Notes: a model not told the origin generated them from the letters alone. Numbered from the stretch's first letter, positions 19,493-28,907 are shown. The stretch is 64,000 nt of DNA from a virus (IMGVR_UViG_3300042465_007707:177-64176); one strand, 5' to 3'. Program-made: numbers and translations.

Positions 19493-19790
19493 AATTCCAT
19501 TTTGTTTTTAATGTTTCAATTTCTTTATTTTCAGATTCAATTAAATCTTTTTTATTAATAAGTTCAGATAATCTATTCAATTGTTTTTTTGATAAATTAT
19601 GAACTTTTTTAACCATTTTAATCTCTTTTTCAGGATCAATTCCTTTTATTAATTCTGAATCTACACATTTCAATTTAAAAGATTCAAAATCTTTTTTATT
19701 AGCATTGAAAACAAAAGAATAAGAAAGGTAACAAGCCGTTGCTGTTATTCCTAGAGTTATTAATATACCTCCTGCTTTTTTCCAATTCAT
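19485..19790 (-). CDS. membrane protein, N-terminal TM
   Basis: Start moved to MNWKK; GGILITLGITATACYLSY. Confidence 0.7.
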   Translation of the reverse strand: MNWKKAGGILITLGITATACYLSYSFVFNANKKDFESFKLKCVDSELIKGIDPEKEIKMVKKVHNLSKKQLNRLSELINKKDLIESENKEIETLKTKWNYE

Positions 19791-19794
19791 TTTA

Positions 19795-20133
19795 TTAGCT
19801 GCATTTTTTTCTACACTCGTAAACAAGCCCTATACCAACTACTGGTATTAAAAGCTGTCTATTGCATTTAGTTTTACAATCATCAATACGTTTTTTAGTA
19901 TCTGCATCTATCACAGCTTGTGCTTCAGCATTTTTAGTTTCTAATGCCAAACGTTCAGCTTCAGCTTTTGCTGCCACCATAGGATCAACTCCTGTAGATG
20001 TAGCTGTGCTTGTCATGTCACTTCGCTTTGTCATTGTACCGCTAGGTTTCATTTTTTTAATTAAAAAATAAGTTCCTCCACCCACCGCAGCTAACACAAT
20101 TACCCCTATTAATACTTTTGTTCCTGTTCCCAT
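19795..20133 (-). CDS. membrane protein, N-terminal TM, Cys-rich C-terminus
   Basis: MGTGTKVLIGV N-terminus shared with next gene; CxxxC..hydrophobic..CxxxC. Confidence 0.75.
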   Translation of the reverse strand: MGTGTKVLIGVIVLAAVGGGTYFLIKKMKPSGTMTKRSDMTSTATSTGVDPMVAAKAEAERLALETKNAEAQAVIDADTKKRIDDCKTKCNRQLLIPVVGIGLVYECRKKCS

Positions 20134-20134
20134 T

Positions 20135-20485
20135 TTACTTTAAATTTTGCAAACCTTTTCGTATATCTTCATTCCAAACTTTCATTTGATATAAAGCGTG
20201 AGCTACATCTGAAATTTCTAAAGAAGCATATTCATTAGATTTAGTCCATCTAGTAGAATCTTTAGCTCTTTCATTAGTTATGAGTTCTAACCATCCTTTT
20301 AAATCACTTAATTGAGTCGCTGTAAGTTTTGATTTCAAGTAGTCAGAAAGAGTTGAATTAGTAACACCAGAAACAGAACCAACAGAAGAACCTGATTTTT
20401 TTACATATTTAACAATAAAAAAAGCCGAAACTCCAATTACCGCTAATCCTAAAACCCCTATCAATACTTTTGTTCCTGTTCCCAT
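20135..20485 (-). CDS. membrane protein, N-terminal TM
   Basis: MGTGTKVLIGV N-terminus. Confidence 0.75.
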   Translation of the reverse strand: MGTGTKVLIGVLGLAVIGVSAFFIVKYVKKSGSSVGSVSGVTNSTLSDYLKSKLTATQLSDLKGWLELITNERAKDSTRWTKSNEYASLEISDVAHALYQMKVWNEDIRKGLQNLK

Positions 20486-20486
20486 A

Positions 20487-20738
20487 CTACCATTTTTTTA
20501 ACGGACAGCCATCATTCTTATATTTTGCTTTATCGTCTATTTTACAACCACAAAGTTCTTTCTTTTCACCATTATACTCAACTGTACCTCCTAAAAATAA
20601 CGTACCACAACTTCTTGTTGTTCTATTTAAAAAGGGACAACCATTACAAGTTGCTATTCTCCTATTGTACAATTCAACAGTTACTTTATCAGTATCTTTT
20701 CCTTGTGCTTTTTTTATAACGTCAAACAGTAAACTCAT
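20487..20738 (-). CDS. Cys-rich putative Zn-binding protein (DUF6171-like)
   Basis: RRIATCNGCPF...C...CGC..K....CPLKKW. Confidence 0.65.
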   Translation of the reverse strand: MSLLFDVIKKAQGKDTDKVTVELYNRRIATCNGCPFLNRTTRSCGTLFLGGTVEYNGEKKELCGCKIDDKAKYKNDGCPLKKW

Positions 20739-20755
20739 ATTAATTATTTTAATTA

Positions 20756-21058
20756 TTACACAGCAAATGTATCAGCCCTACGAGATATACTATTATTTGC
20801 AATCTTAGGTTGTATCTGTACTCTATTAACCGTTTCGCCTGTAGCTATTTTCATCTTAGCATCGTGTTCTGTTCGATAAACTGGTGCTTTTTTTAAAACA
20901 AATGGCTTTAATGGAGTTGAAGTTGCACCTATTGGAGTTGCATCTATTGGAGTTAACGCTAATGATTTCTTCTTTTTTTTATCATTATAAAGATAAAAAG
21001 CAACTCCGCCTCCTATAACTAATACAGAAACTAGAAATATTATCTTTCTTTTATCCAT
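20756..21058 (-). CDS. membrane protein, N-terminal TM
   Basis: IIFLVSVLVIGGGVAFYLY followed by poly-Lys. Confidence 0.75.
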   Translation of the reverse strand: MDKRKIIFLVSVLVIGGGVAFYLYNDKKKKKSLALTPIDATPIGATSTPLKPFVLKKAPVYRTEHDAKMKIATGETVNRVQIQPKIANNSISRRADTFAV

Positions 21059-21062
21059 CTTA

Positions 21063-21770
21063 TTAATCTTTTTTATTCAATAAAATAACGCCTAAAACCA
21101 TTACTATTAGTATTGAAGATCCTACAACAATATATTTAGTATTGCTTGATGTTTTAGCAGATAATAATTGTACTTGCTTATCAGCTTCAGTTTTTCTAAG
21201 TAAGGCATCAGCAACGCCCTGAGAAGCTTTTAATACAGCTTCAGGAGTAGTTCCTTTTGTAGCTAAAGACGCTCTAGCCACAGCTTCAGCATCAGTTTTA
21301 ATTTTTAAATTTTTAGCTGCAGCTACTCTTTCTACTTCAGCAATATCTTCATCCGTTCTATCAGCCAAACCTTTATTAGCTACTGCAAGTTTCCCTTCAT
21401 AATCTAAAATAAGACTATTATTTGTAGCAATACTTGAATCCAAAGCGGTTATTAAGCCAGACCATTTTACTTTTCCAGCTTGTTTATCAGCTTTAGCGTC
21501 TTGACAAACTCCACAAGGATTCATGGCATTATATTTATCATAAGTAGCTTGTGCAATAACACGATTTTTCGCCAAAGTTTCCTTTGTTTTGTAAAACTCT
21601 GTTAATTTAGCTTTTATAGCGTCAATTTGACTTCTCCAATCATCTTGATCTCCTGTAACAAAATTAGACCAGCCATCTCCATCAGCATAACTCATACCTT
21701 CATCCCAAACTTGAGCTTTAGTTGAAGAATATTTCATTCTTTCTAATTCTTTATCTATATCGTAACCCAT
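21063..21770 (-). CDS. coiled-coil virion membrane protein, C-terminal TM
   Basis: MSYADG and WSNFVTG motifs, Ala-rich helices, CxxC, C-terminal TM. Confidence 0.75.
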   Translation of the reverse strand: MGYDIDKELERMKYSSTKAQVWDEGMSYADGDGWSNFVTGDQDDWRSQIDAIKAKLTEFYKTKETLAKNRVIAQATYDKYNAMNPCGVCQDAKADKQAGKVKWSGLITALDSSIATNNSLILDYEGKLAVANKGLADRTDEDIAEVERVAAAKNLKIKTDAEAVARASLATKGTTPEAVLKASQGVADALLRKTEADKQVQLLSAKTSSNTKYIVVGSSILIVMVLGVILLNKKD

Positions 21771-21781
21771 CTTCTTTTTAT

Positions 21782-22297
21782 TTAAAATTTATATCTTATT
21801 CCTTTTCCTAACCAATTCTTGTTTATAGAAACTAGCCTAGAATCAGATAAACCTCCGTACTCAGTACCTAATTCAGACCGAACGAAGGTAAATAAATCTC
21901 TTTCTCCGCCTTCTGGAATACCAAAAATATATCCTTGACGTTTTCCAAACTCCTTAACTAAATAATTAACATCTAAGTCGTTTTTCATTTTCTTTAAAAC
22001 TTCCTCAACACTTCCGTAATTATCACCAAGCCCATATCTCATACCTTCGTAAATCTGATTCGCCATAGCAGGATATTGACTTAAAGGAAATGAAGCTCTT
22101 AATTTTGTTTTATTTTTATCTAATTCCTCGTCATTTGACTTTGCTAAAGATTTATCAGCAACATCTTCACTTGATCTATTGAAAATACTTTTCAAGCCTT
22201 TTATACCATAAAAAATACCAACAACAGCTACTCCTGTAACTGCAACTGCAATAGTTCCTTTAGCCCAAGGCGGTAAATTATTAAAAGTGTTACTCAT
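21782..22297 (-). CDS. membrane protein with annexin-like repeat
   Basis: N-terminal TM; ANQIYEGMRYGLGDNYGSVEEVL...LVKEFG...DLFTFVRSEL resembles the annexin repeat consensus. Confidence 0.5.
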   Translation of the reverse strand: MSNTFNNLPPWAKGTIAVAVTGVAVVGIFYGIKGLKSIFNRSSEDVADKSLAKSNDEELDKNKTKLRASFPLSQYPAMANQIYEGMRYGLGDNYGSVEEVLKKMKNDLDVNYLVKEFGKRQGYIFGIPEGGERDLFTFVRSELGTEYGGLSDSRLVSINKNWLGKGIRYKF

Positions 22298-22299
22298 AA

Positions 22300-22428
22300 T
22301 TATTTTTTTTGTTTCAAAGCAAAGATAACTATTGAAAAAAGAATTATAAAACTTCCACCTAATAAAAATGCTTTATATGTTTTTTTGCTTTTAATTATTG
22401 ATTCTGATTCTGTTAAATTATCTTCCAT
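22300..22428 (-). CDS. small membrane protein (42 aa, not in ORF track)
   Basis: MEDNL...AFLLGGSFIILFSIVIFALKQKK. Confidence 0.65.
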   Translation of the reverse strand: MEDNLTESESIIKSKKTYKAFLLGGSFIILFSIVIFALKQKK

Positions 22429-22501
22429 TATTTTTTATATTACATTAAAAAAAAGCTAACATTTCTATTAGCTTTTTTGTTTGTTTTTTTTTAATTAAAG
22501 A

Positions 22502-22750
22502 TTAAAATCTTCTATTAGCTTTTTTGTATTGCTCATCAATACCAGCACAACATCCTCTTTTAGTTCCTGCACAAAATCTAGTTATACCATCTGCACAAGT
22601 TACGTTTGATCCTGTAGCTTTTGACATTTCATCTCCTTTAGATACAGGCGTCATAATAGACGTTTCTTTTTGTTTTTTATCGTATCTGTAGTATAAATAC
22701 CCAGCCAACGCTAAAACTCCTAATCCCATTAACATTTTTTTGTTTTCCAT
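22502..22750 (-). CDS. membrane protein, N-terminal TM, Cys-rich C-terminus
   Basis: LMGLGVLALAGYLYY; MSKATG motif variant; 4 Cys. Confidence 0.75.
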   Translation of the reverse strand: MENKKMLMGLGVLALAGYLYYRYDKKQKETSIMTPVSKGDEMSKATGSNVTCADGITRFCAGTKRGCCAGIDEQYKKANRRF

Positions 22751-22787
22751 CTTTGTTTTTATTTATTGTTTATTATTTAATTTACTT

Positions 22788-22949
22788 TTAATTCTCGTAA
22801 CGAGATGTGTTTTTTGAAGCCGCAACAGGGAAATGATAAGTAATAGTCATGCCCACAATTTTATCAATTTTTGCACCTCTTTTTTTTAATCCAGCTTGAT
22901 GTTTTGCAAAAGCCGTTTTGTTTGTGTGTTTTCTAGTGTAAGTTTTCAT
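22788..22949 (-). CDS. small basic protein (53 aa, not in ORF track)
   Basis: MKTYTRKHTNKTAFAKHQAGLKKRGAKI...; fills a gap in the operon. Confidence 0.55.
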   Translation of the reverse strand: MKTYTRKHTNKTAFAKHQAGLKKRGAKIDKIVGMTITYHFPVAASKNTSRYEN

Positions 22950-22965
22950 TATATTTATTTTTAAA

Positions 22966-23715
22966 TTACATACAAATTCTATATTTCAACTCTTCAAAAT
23001 TATCAATGAAGGCTTTAATATATTGGTAACGTTCTTTATTTTGTTCCGAAGGAGTTCCTTTGAATACATTTAAAAAACTCATGTGAGCTTCTATTACAGG
23101 ATAACCTAATCCTAAATAAATTTTCAAAGCATTTAGATCAGCTTCAATCTCATCTTTTTGAACTACGTTTAAATTGAAATGAGAAAATTCATGTAGAATA
23201 ATCGCCATTCTCATCGGCACAGTATAAGAAGTGAAATGTTTTTTAGAAATTTCCATTCTTCCAGTTGTGTTACTTATTCTAGCAGGAGTTTTAATTTCTC
23301 TTCCTTGATGCTTTATGACATTCATATAGTCAATTCTATATTTTTTGTCATTTGAAAAATAAGTACCTTCGCTTAGTACTGAAGCTTGTTCGCAAAACTC
23401 TTGAGCAAACTTTACAAAACTAGCGACTTTTGGCGAATTAAAACAATTACTAAATTGATTCAATTTTTTCTTTTCAACCGAAACAACTCTAACATCATTA
23501 CCACCACCAACTCTTAATGTTACCGAATCACAATTCTGAGGCATCCTAACTTCAAATTCACTTATCCCATCTACTGTTTTTACTCTATCTGTATAGAATG
23601 TTTTAGGTCTATTAGAATTAAAAACAGCAAGTCTTATTTTTTGAGGACGAGATACACTAATCTTTATAACAAGATTTGTAGGTTCTCCCTTACATGGTAT
23701 CTGAATATCCTTCAT
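22966..23715 (-). CDS. zincin metallopeptidase, candidate virion maturation protease
   Basis: IILHEFSH (HExxH) followed by DEIEADLNA (ExxAD); beta-rich N-terminal domain; sits among structural genes. Confidence 0.7.
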   Translation of the reverse strand: MKDIQIPCKGEPTNLVIKISVSRPQKIRLAVFNSNRPKTFYTDRVKTVDGISEFEVRMPQNCDSVTLRVGGGNDVRVVSVEKKKLNQFSNCFNSPKVASFVKFAQEFCEQASVLSEGTYFSNDKKYRIDYMNVIKHQGREIKTPARISNTTGRMEISKKHFTSYTVPMRMAIILHEFSHFNLNVVQKDEIEADLNALKIYLGLGYPVIEAHMSFLNVFKGTPSEQNKERYQYIKAFIDNFEELKYRICM

Positions 23716-23719
23716 AAAA

Positions 23720-24193
23720 TTATTTTTTCTTCATTAATGAGTAAACTCCAAATCCAATAGCAACCACTCCAACAGCAACAGCTATTTTTGTTATAGGTGT
23801 CATTCTCTCCTTTTCAGGCAAGACGTATTGATTTGTGCTTTTGTTTGATAATCCTGAAAAAATTCCTAAACCTGTAGTAGCTAAACCTAAAGCTTTACTT
23901 ATTATACTTTTTCTTTTTAAAAAAGCATCTATATCTTTAGAATATCCTTTACCTACAGCTTTCCAATAAGACTTAAGCTCATCTTCCTTGTATTTTGTAT
24001 CTTCAGAACCATCTAACTGAGCGTAACAATGCTCTTTTTTAGATGAATTTTCAACTCTTTGACAGATAGTTTTTATATCAGCTTCACCTATTATGTTTGA
24101 ATTATTTTCTTCAGCTATAATAGAATGAATAATTGCTTCATCTTGACTTTCTACTCCTGCATCAATATAAGGTTGGTATAATATAGTTCCCAT
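23720..24193 (-). CDS. virion membrane protein, C-terminal TM
   Basis: IAVAVGVVAIGFGVYSLM-KKK. Confidence 0.75.
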   Translation of the reverse strand: MGTILYQPYIDAGVESQDEAIIHSIIAEENNSNIIGEADIKTICQRVENSSKKEHCYAQLDGSEDTKYKEDELKSYWKAVGKGYSKDIDAFLKRKSIISKALGLATTGLGIFSGLSNKSTNQYVLPEKERMTPITKIAVAVGVVAIGFGVYSLMKKK

Positions 24194-24570
24194 TATTTTT
24201 TATTTTTAGATTGGTAAATAACCACAGCTGCAATACCGATAACAACAACTCCAATTCCAATCCATACATTTCTTGAAATAGTTTTTTGTACAGTTACACA
24301 TACGCCTTGAGCATCTTTTTCGTAACCATCAGAACATGGAGTATCTTGAATCAATGGAGTTCCAGAGTTTATTCCAAATTTAGAATGTAAAATAGAAGAT
24401 GTAGCGTTCAATGTTTGATCTATCCATCCACTACCCACAGCTTTATTCATAAAGTCTTTAAACGGAGTGCTAGTGTCACCTGTAGCATTTACATATTCTT
24501 TGTATGCTTGGTTCATCGTAAGGTCTTGTTCAGCCTTTTTCTGAAGTGCCAATTGGATATTGCTATTCAT
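24193..24570 (-). CDS. virion membrane protein, C-terminal TM
   Basis: C-x9-C mini-domain, then VWIGIGVVVIGIAAVVIY. Confidence 0.75.
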   Translation of the reverse strand: MNSNIQLALQKKAEQDLTMNQAYKEYVNATGDTSTPFKDFMNKAVGSGWIDQTLNATSSILHSKFGINSGTPLIQDTPCSDGYEKDAQGVCVTVQKTISRNVWIGIGVVVIGIAAVVIYQSKNKK

Positions 24571-24572
24571 AA

Positions 24573-25166
24573 TTATTTATTTGATTTTTTATAAAAAAAG
24601 TAAGCAGCTCCAGCAATTAATATTATTGGAATAATATTTTTTCTTAAAAAGCTTTTTTGTTCTACAACAGGTGCTACTTTAGATGTTTCTGAATCCATTG
24701 ATCCACCACCGCCACCAATACCTCCACCAGCACTACCATCGCTAGTAATAACAGGCGTTGCTAAAATTGGAATTGTAGCAACTCCAACAGTTCCAATTGG
24801 CATTGGTGGTCTTGGATAACCTGACACAGGAGGTAATGTATATGTTCTTGGATTAGGTGCAATAAACCTTCCTTCAGTAGCCTCAGTTACTCTAGTAGGT
24901 TCTCCGTATGTTCTAGGAGGCCTAACAGTTGTTCCTTCAGTAGGCGTAGCAGTTCCTTCAGTAGGCGTAGCAGTTCCTATAGTAGGTCTAGCATTTCTTA
25001 CACCTTCATTTTCAGAAATTGATAAAATAGGTGCAGTTCTTGTAGGTTGTGTAACTGGTATGGTAGTAGATTGACCAAATGATTCGCTAGTAGGTGCAGT
25101 AAAATTTGAATACGAATTTTTGCCTATTAAAGCATCCATTGAATGATTGTAATTTCTTCTTGACAT
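24573..25166 (-). CDS. Pro/Thr-rich extended membrane protein, C-terminal TM
   Basis: TATPTEG repeats, Gly run, IIPIILIAGAAYFFY-KK. Confidence 0.75.
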   Translation of the reverse strand: MSRRNYNHSMDALIGKNSYSNFTAPTSESFGQSTTIPVTQPTRTAPILSISENEGVRNARPTIGTATPTEGTATPTEGTTVRPPRTYGEPTRVTEATEGRFIAPNPRTYTLPPVSGYPRPPMPIGTVGVATIPILATPVITSDGSAGGGIGGGGGSMDSETSKVAPVVEQKSFLRKNIIPIILIAGAAYFFYKKSNK

Positions 25167-25168
25167 AA

Positions 25169-25636
25169 TTATATTTTTTTAACTATTAATAATGCTATAG
25201 CAATTACTATTAATTGCCTAGCTGTAAATCCTAAGTATTTTTTTTCTGGATTGTTATTAATATAATCCAAATCGTGTTGAATTTGATTTCCTAAAGTATT
25301 AGCTTCGTCTTTTACAATTGTAGAATCAATAAGAACTACTTCTTCAGAAATAGGTTTTGTAAATTCCAAAGGAATTAACCACATTCCGCTACTATCTTCA
25401 TTTCTAACCATGAATCCTTTACCTTGTCCGTATTGAACAAAATTACCATTTCTCATTTTTCTTTGAAGTTTAGCCTCAACAGGTTCGCCCATAAAAGAAC
25501 CATCTTTCATAAATGTTTTAACAGTACCTTCTTTAGAAGTATTTTCAGTTAATATATCTAAATTAAAATCTTTAGATACTGAAAAAGGACGAATCCCTTT
25601 GCCATCTAATTTCTTATATTGAACTTTTGCAATCAT
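25169..25636 (-). CDS. membrane protein, C-terminal TM
   Basis: LIVIAIALLIV-KK at C-terminus. Confidence 0.7.
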   Translation of the reverse strand: MIAKVQYKKLDGKGIRPFSVSKDFNLDILTENTSKEGTVKTFMKDGSFMGEPVEAKLQRKMRNGNFVQYGQGKGFMVRNEDSSGMWLIPLEFTKPISEEVVLIDSTIVKDEANTLGNQIQHDLDYINNNPEKKYLGFTARQLIVIAIALLIVKKI

Positions 25637-26091
25637 TTTTTATCTTCATTAACGTAATTACTATACATATTCCCACCTACAAATCCTAATACAGAGCCTA
25701 TAGTAGAAAACAATAGCTTGTTCTTTGTTTTAGCTAAAGCGTAGGCAAAACCTACAATTAAACCAACAACAGCACCTTGAACAGCAACTTTGCTTTTAAC
25801 TTTTAAAATATTTGCCATGTTGGATTTTATTCCTTCTGGCATACTTATTTTTTTTGACTTATCTTCTATTACTTCAGCATATTCAATATCTTCATAACCA
25901 CTTGCATTTTGCATCATTGGTTTAAGATTTGACTTCGGCAAAACAAAGCCTTGGTCGGTTCTGAACATTTTAGCATCAATTAAATTACCCGATACTCTTT
26001 GACCAACTTTAAATTCCTTGTAAATAACATTACTTCCTTCCTTTTTAGGAGAACGAAAGCCTTTTGTTACTTCACAATTAATCACGCCCAT
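25633..26091 (-). CDS. membrane protein with Gly-rich hydrophobic hairpin
   Basis: MQNASG motif; GAVVGLIVGFAYAL ... TIGSVLGFVGG. Confidence 0.75.
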   Translation of the reverse strand: MGVINCEVTKGFRSPKKEGSNVIYKEFKVGQRVSGNLIDAKMFRTDQGFVLPKSNLKPMMQNASGYEDIEYAEVIEDKSKKISMPEGIKSNMANILKVKSKVAVQGAVVGLIVGFAYALAKTKNKLLFSTIGSVLGFVGGNMYSNYVNEDKK

Positions 26092-26092
26092 C

Positions 26093-26614
26093 TTACTTTT
26101 GTTTTAAAGCTATAAAAGCAACAACACCACCTAAAATAAGAACACCTGTAATAAGTACAATTGGAGTCCAATTAGTTTTAGGGCTTAACTCTTGTAATAA
26201 AGCTAATTTCAACTGATTTCTATCAGCCTCTTGTTGAGCTTTTCTATCTACATTACCTGATATAGCTCCTGCTATTCCTCCAAAAATTCCTCCCATCGCA
26301 CCTAATATTGAATTTGCACTTTTCTCACCTGCATCTCCGTCTGCATTATTGTATTGAGAAAGTATAGATTTACTTATCTCACCTCTAAACGCTGCGTTAT
26401 CATAAAGAGCATCAACTACTTTATGAATCAAATCTCTTTTAGATATAGATCGTGAAGTAGCAACATTAGATTTATTTAAATTTTCAATCAATACTTGTGG
26501 TTTGCTATCTAGCAACTTATGAATTTCACTAAGCAAAATATCTTTAGTCATTTCATTATCTTTAGATAATATAGCTCCGTTAAAATTACTCATTAAATCT
26601 CCTCCGTATATCAT
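26093..26614 (-). CDS. virion membrane protein, C-terminal TM
   Basis: MSNFNG and YNNADG motifs; glycine-zipper segment; C-terminal TM. Confidence 0.75.
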   Translation of the reverse strand: MIYGGDLMSNFNGAILSKDNEMTKDILLSEIHKLLDSKPQVLIENLNKSNVATSRSISKRDLIHKVVDALYDNAAFRGEISKSILSQYNNADGDAGEKSANSILGAMGGIFGGIAGAISGNVDRKAQQEADRNQLKLALLQELSPKTNWTPIVLITGVLILGGVVAFIALKQK

Positions 26615-26625
26615 AATATTTTTTT

Positions 26626-27036
26626 TTACTTCTTGAAAACGATAGCTAAACCAATAACTAAAATTCCACCTATGATTAACAATTTATGATCTCCGCCTTT
26701 TTCATTTCCATTAGCATTTGAAACGTTATTTTTCAAATCTGAAATTTCCTGCTTAATCATTTGTCCGTCCATGTTCCAGAAATTAGAATTAGAATTAGAA
26801 GATTTATCTTCATGTTCTTTTTTTATCTTTTCTTTAAACATATCTATCTGTTGTTGGAATAAGCCTAAATCTGGGTGAATCATAGCTACTTTATTCAAAG
26901 CATCTTGACCATTTCTAGCTACAACGCTAGCTAATTGTTGACTTAATCCTTTTTTATCAGCACGAATACCATAACTTTCCACGATTTCTCTAGCTCCGTT
27001 CGGATTGTTGATAGCTGTATATTGATATATATTCAT
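26626..27036 (-). CDS. virion membrane protein, C-terminal TM
   Basis: FWNMDG and VSNANG motifs; LLIIGGILVIGLAIVF-KK. Confidence 0.75.
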   Translation of the reverse strand: MNIYQYTAINNPNGAREIVESYGIRADKKGLSQQLASVVARNGQDALNKVAMIHPDLGLFQQQIDMFKEKIKKEHEDKSSNSNSNFWNMDGQMIKQEISDLKNNVSNANGNEKGGDHKLLIIGGILVIGLAIVFKK

Positions 27037-27058
27037 TACTTATTTTTTTTAACTTTTC

Positions 27059-27094
27059 AAAAAAAAAGGTAGGTAGCATTAACCACCTACCTTT
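27059..27094 (-). terminator. intrinsic terminator after candidate capsid gene
   Basis: AAAGGTAGGT/ACCTACCTTT stem followed by T run on minus strand. Confidence 0.75.
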
Positions 27095-27119
27095 CAGGGT
27101 ATCTAAAAACTCAGATTAA

Positions 27120-27782
27120 TTATCCTACAAGTCCTCTATTAGAAGGCATTTGTAATTGAGATAAATTAGGTTTAGAGTATGCTTTAGCAACTGTTTGACC
27201 ACTCAATGAACGAGCAACATCAATTTGTTCTTTAGGATATAAAGAAACGATTAAAGTAGCTGAACCTAAGATAGTAGTAGCGATAGAAGTAAAAGAGTTA
27301 ACTGTGAACTCAGTTCTAACTATAGAAACACCAGCTTGATTTTGCATTGGGTCTAATCTTGGGTTGATTGGCAACTCAACTTTTCTACCATTAGCTTCAC
27401 GATTTGTAATCGTTAAAGTTTTGAATGGTTGGTTTGCGTTAGCAGACTGTAAGTACATTTGACCTACTTTAAAAGGAGAAGACTTGATGTCTTGCAAGAA
27501 CTCAGCGTAAGTAATAGTACCGTCCATAGTAATAGTAATTGCAGCAGCATTACCAAATGAAACAGTAGTAGTATTACCAGCTAAATTGGCATTTAAAAAT
27601 ACAACATTTGCAACGTCAGCCGTAGTTGAGTTAGAAATATTGATTACGAATGGTAAAGAACTTAAAGCAGTTCCTTCTGATCCACCGTCAGCATAGTTGT
27701 AATCATCTGTGAAGTTGTTCCAACCATCATAGTTTGAGAAGTTCTCGTTAGCGAAGTTTTCCGCTGTGTCAAAATAATTCAT
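27120..27782 (-). CDS. candidate major capsid protein (single jelly-roll-like)
   Basis: Soluble beta-strand-rich 220-aa protein near the head of the structural operon; own terminator; frequent AAC/TTC/GCT codons; N-terminal extension with FSNYDG/YNYADG; paralog at 30056. Confidence 0.6.
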   Translation of the reverse strand: MNYFDTAENFANENFSNYDGWNNFTDDYNYADGGSEGTALSSLPFVINISNSTTADVANVVFLNANLAGNTTTVSFGNAAAITITMDGTITYAEFLQDIKSSPFKVGQMYLQSANANQPFKTLTITNREANGRKVELPINPRLDPMQNQAGVSIVRTEFTVNSFTSIATTILGSATLIVSLYPKEQIDVARSLSGQTVAKAYSKPNLSQLQMPSNRGLVG

Positions 27783-27816
27783 TTTTTTTGTTTTTTAAGG
27801 TTTGTAGAAAAATGGA

Positions 27817-27930
27817 TTATACAGAAGCTTTAGCTGTAATTTTCTTTAATTGCTCATAAGCAACCATTCCAACCGCAACACCAATAGCAACTGGTAACGC
27901 ACTTTTCAAAATTTCGATAACTGATTTCAT
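27817..27930 (-). CDS. 37-aa membrane protein upstream of capsid gene (not in ORF track)
   Basis: MKSVIEILKSALPVAIGVAVGMVAYEQLKKITAKASV; A-rich leader. Confidence 0.7.
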   Translation of the reverse strand: MKSVIEILKSALPVAIGVAVGMVAYEQLKKITAKASV

Positions 27931-28171
27931 TTTTTTCGTTTTTTAATTTTACACAAAATTTATTTTTCGTTCTCCATCGTACACACAATGGAACGATTAA
28001 CACTACAAAAGTGTTGGTATTTAAAGTTTTTATAAAACACACAGTTAACATAATTTAAGTTTAAACTATATATAACATTGATTATCAGTTATTAAATTAT
28101 TTAAAAATGTTAAAATTAACTTGCTTTTGAACTTGTTTTAATAAGTAATTTAGCAAAACAAAATAAAACAA

Positions 28172-28888
28172 ATGGAAGAAAAACAGAACAATTTACCAAA
28201 AGTATTAATTTGCGCCCCTCAACATGAGTCAAAAAACTATTGTTGGGAAACTTGGTTTAACAACGTGAATAACTTTACATATCCAAAAGATAGGCTTGAA
28301 ATTTTTATTGCAGATAATTCACCAACAAAAGACAATTACACTAAATTGAGGTTTCAAGGAATTACAGCAGTACATACTCCTGTAAATTCAAAAGGAATAT
28401 TATTTACAATTAATGATTCACATGAAGCTTGCCGTCAATATGCAATAGATAATAAATTCGATTTTATTCTACATTTAGAAACGGATATAATACCTCCTAT
28501 TGACGTTATTGAAAGATTATTAAACAATAAGAAGAAAGTTTGTTGTGGTATTTATGATTTGTTCTACGGAACTGAAAGACGACCAATGATTCAATTGGAT
28601 GAACCGTATGACCGTAATATTCGAGAATATAGAAATCCTGAATTTGTTACTGTTGAAGAACCTTTATTTTTTGATGGTACAGTAAAACAAGTTTATCATG
28701 CAGGTCTTGGTTGTGCCTTAATTCATAGTTCGGTATTTAGCTTGTTCCCATTCAGAGTTATTGAAGGAACGGATATTCATACCGACACTTGGTTTGCAAA
28801 TGATTGCTATTTATTAAATATAAACATATTCGCTGATACAAACGTTCAATGTCAACATTTGAATAGTACTTGGTTGGGTAAAAAATAA
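28172..28888 (+). CDS. glycosyltransferase, GT-A/family 2
   Basis: VLICAP, IFIADNS, FILHLETD (DxD-like), GLGCALI, D.WF motifs. Confidence 0.8.
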   Translation: MEEKQNNLPKVLICAPQHESKNYCWETWFNNVNNFTYPKDRLEIFIADNSPTKDNYTKLRFQGITAVHTPVNSKGILFTINDSHEACRQYAIDNKFDFILHLETDIIPPIDVIERLLNNKKKVCCGIYDLFYGTERRPMIQLDEPYDRNIREYRNPEFVTVEEPLFFDGTVKQVYHAGLGCALIHSSVFSLFPFRVIEGTDIHTDTWFANDCYLLNINIFADTNVQCQHLNSTWLGKK

Positions 28889-28907
28889 TAATTTAAAACA
28901 AAATAAA

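Noticed and set aside
27854-28051. 65-aa ORF upstream of the capsid candidate
   Set aside because: Overlaps a better 37-aa TM ORF (27817..27930) in another frame and the divergent promoter region
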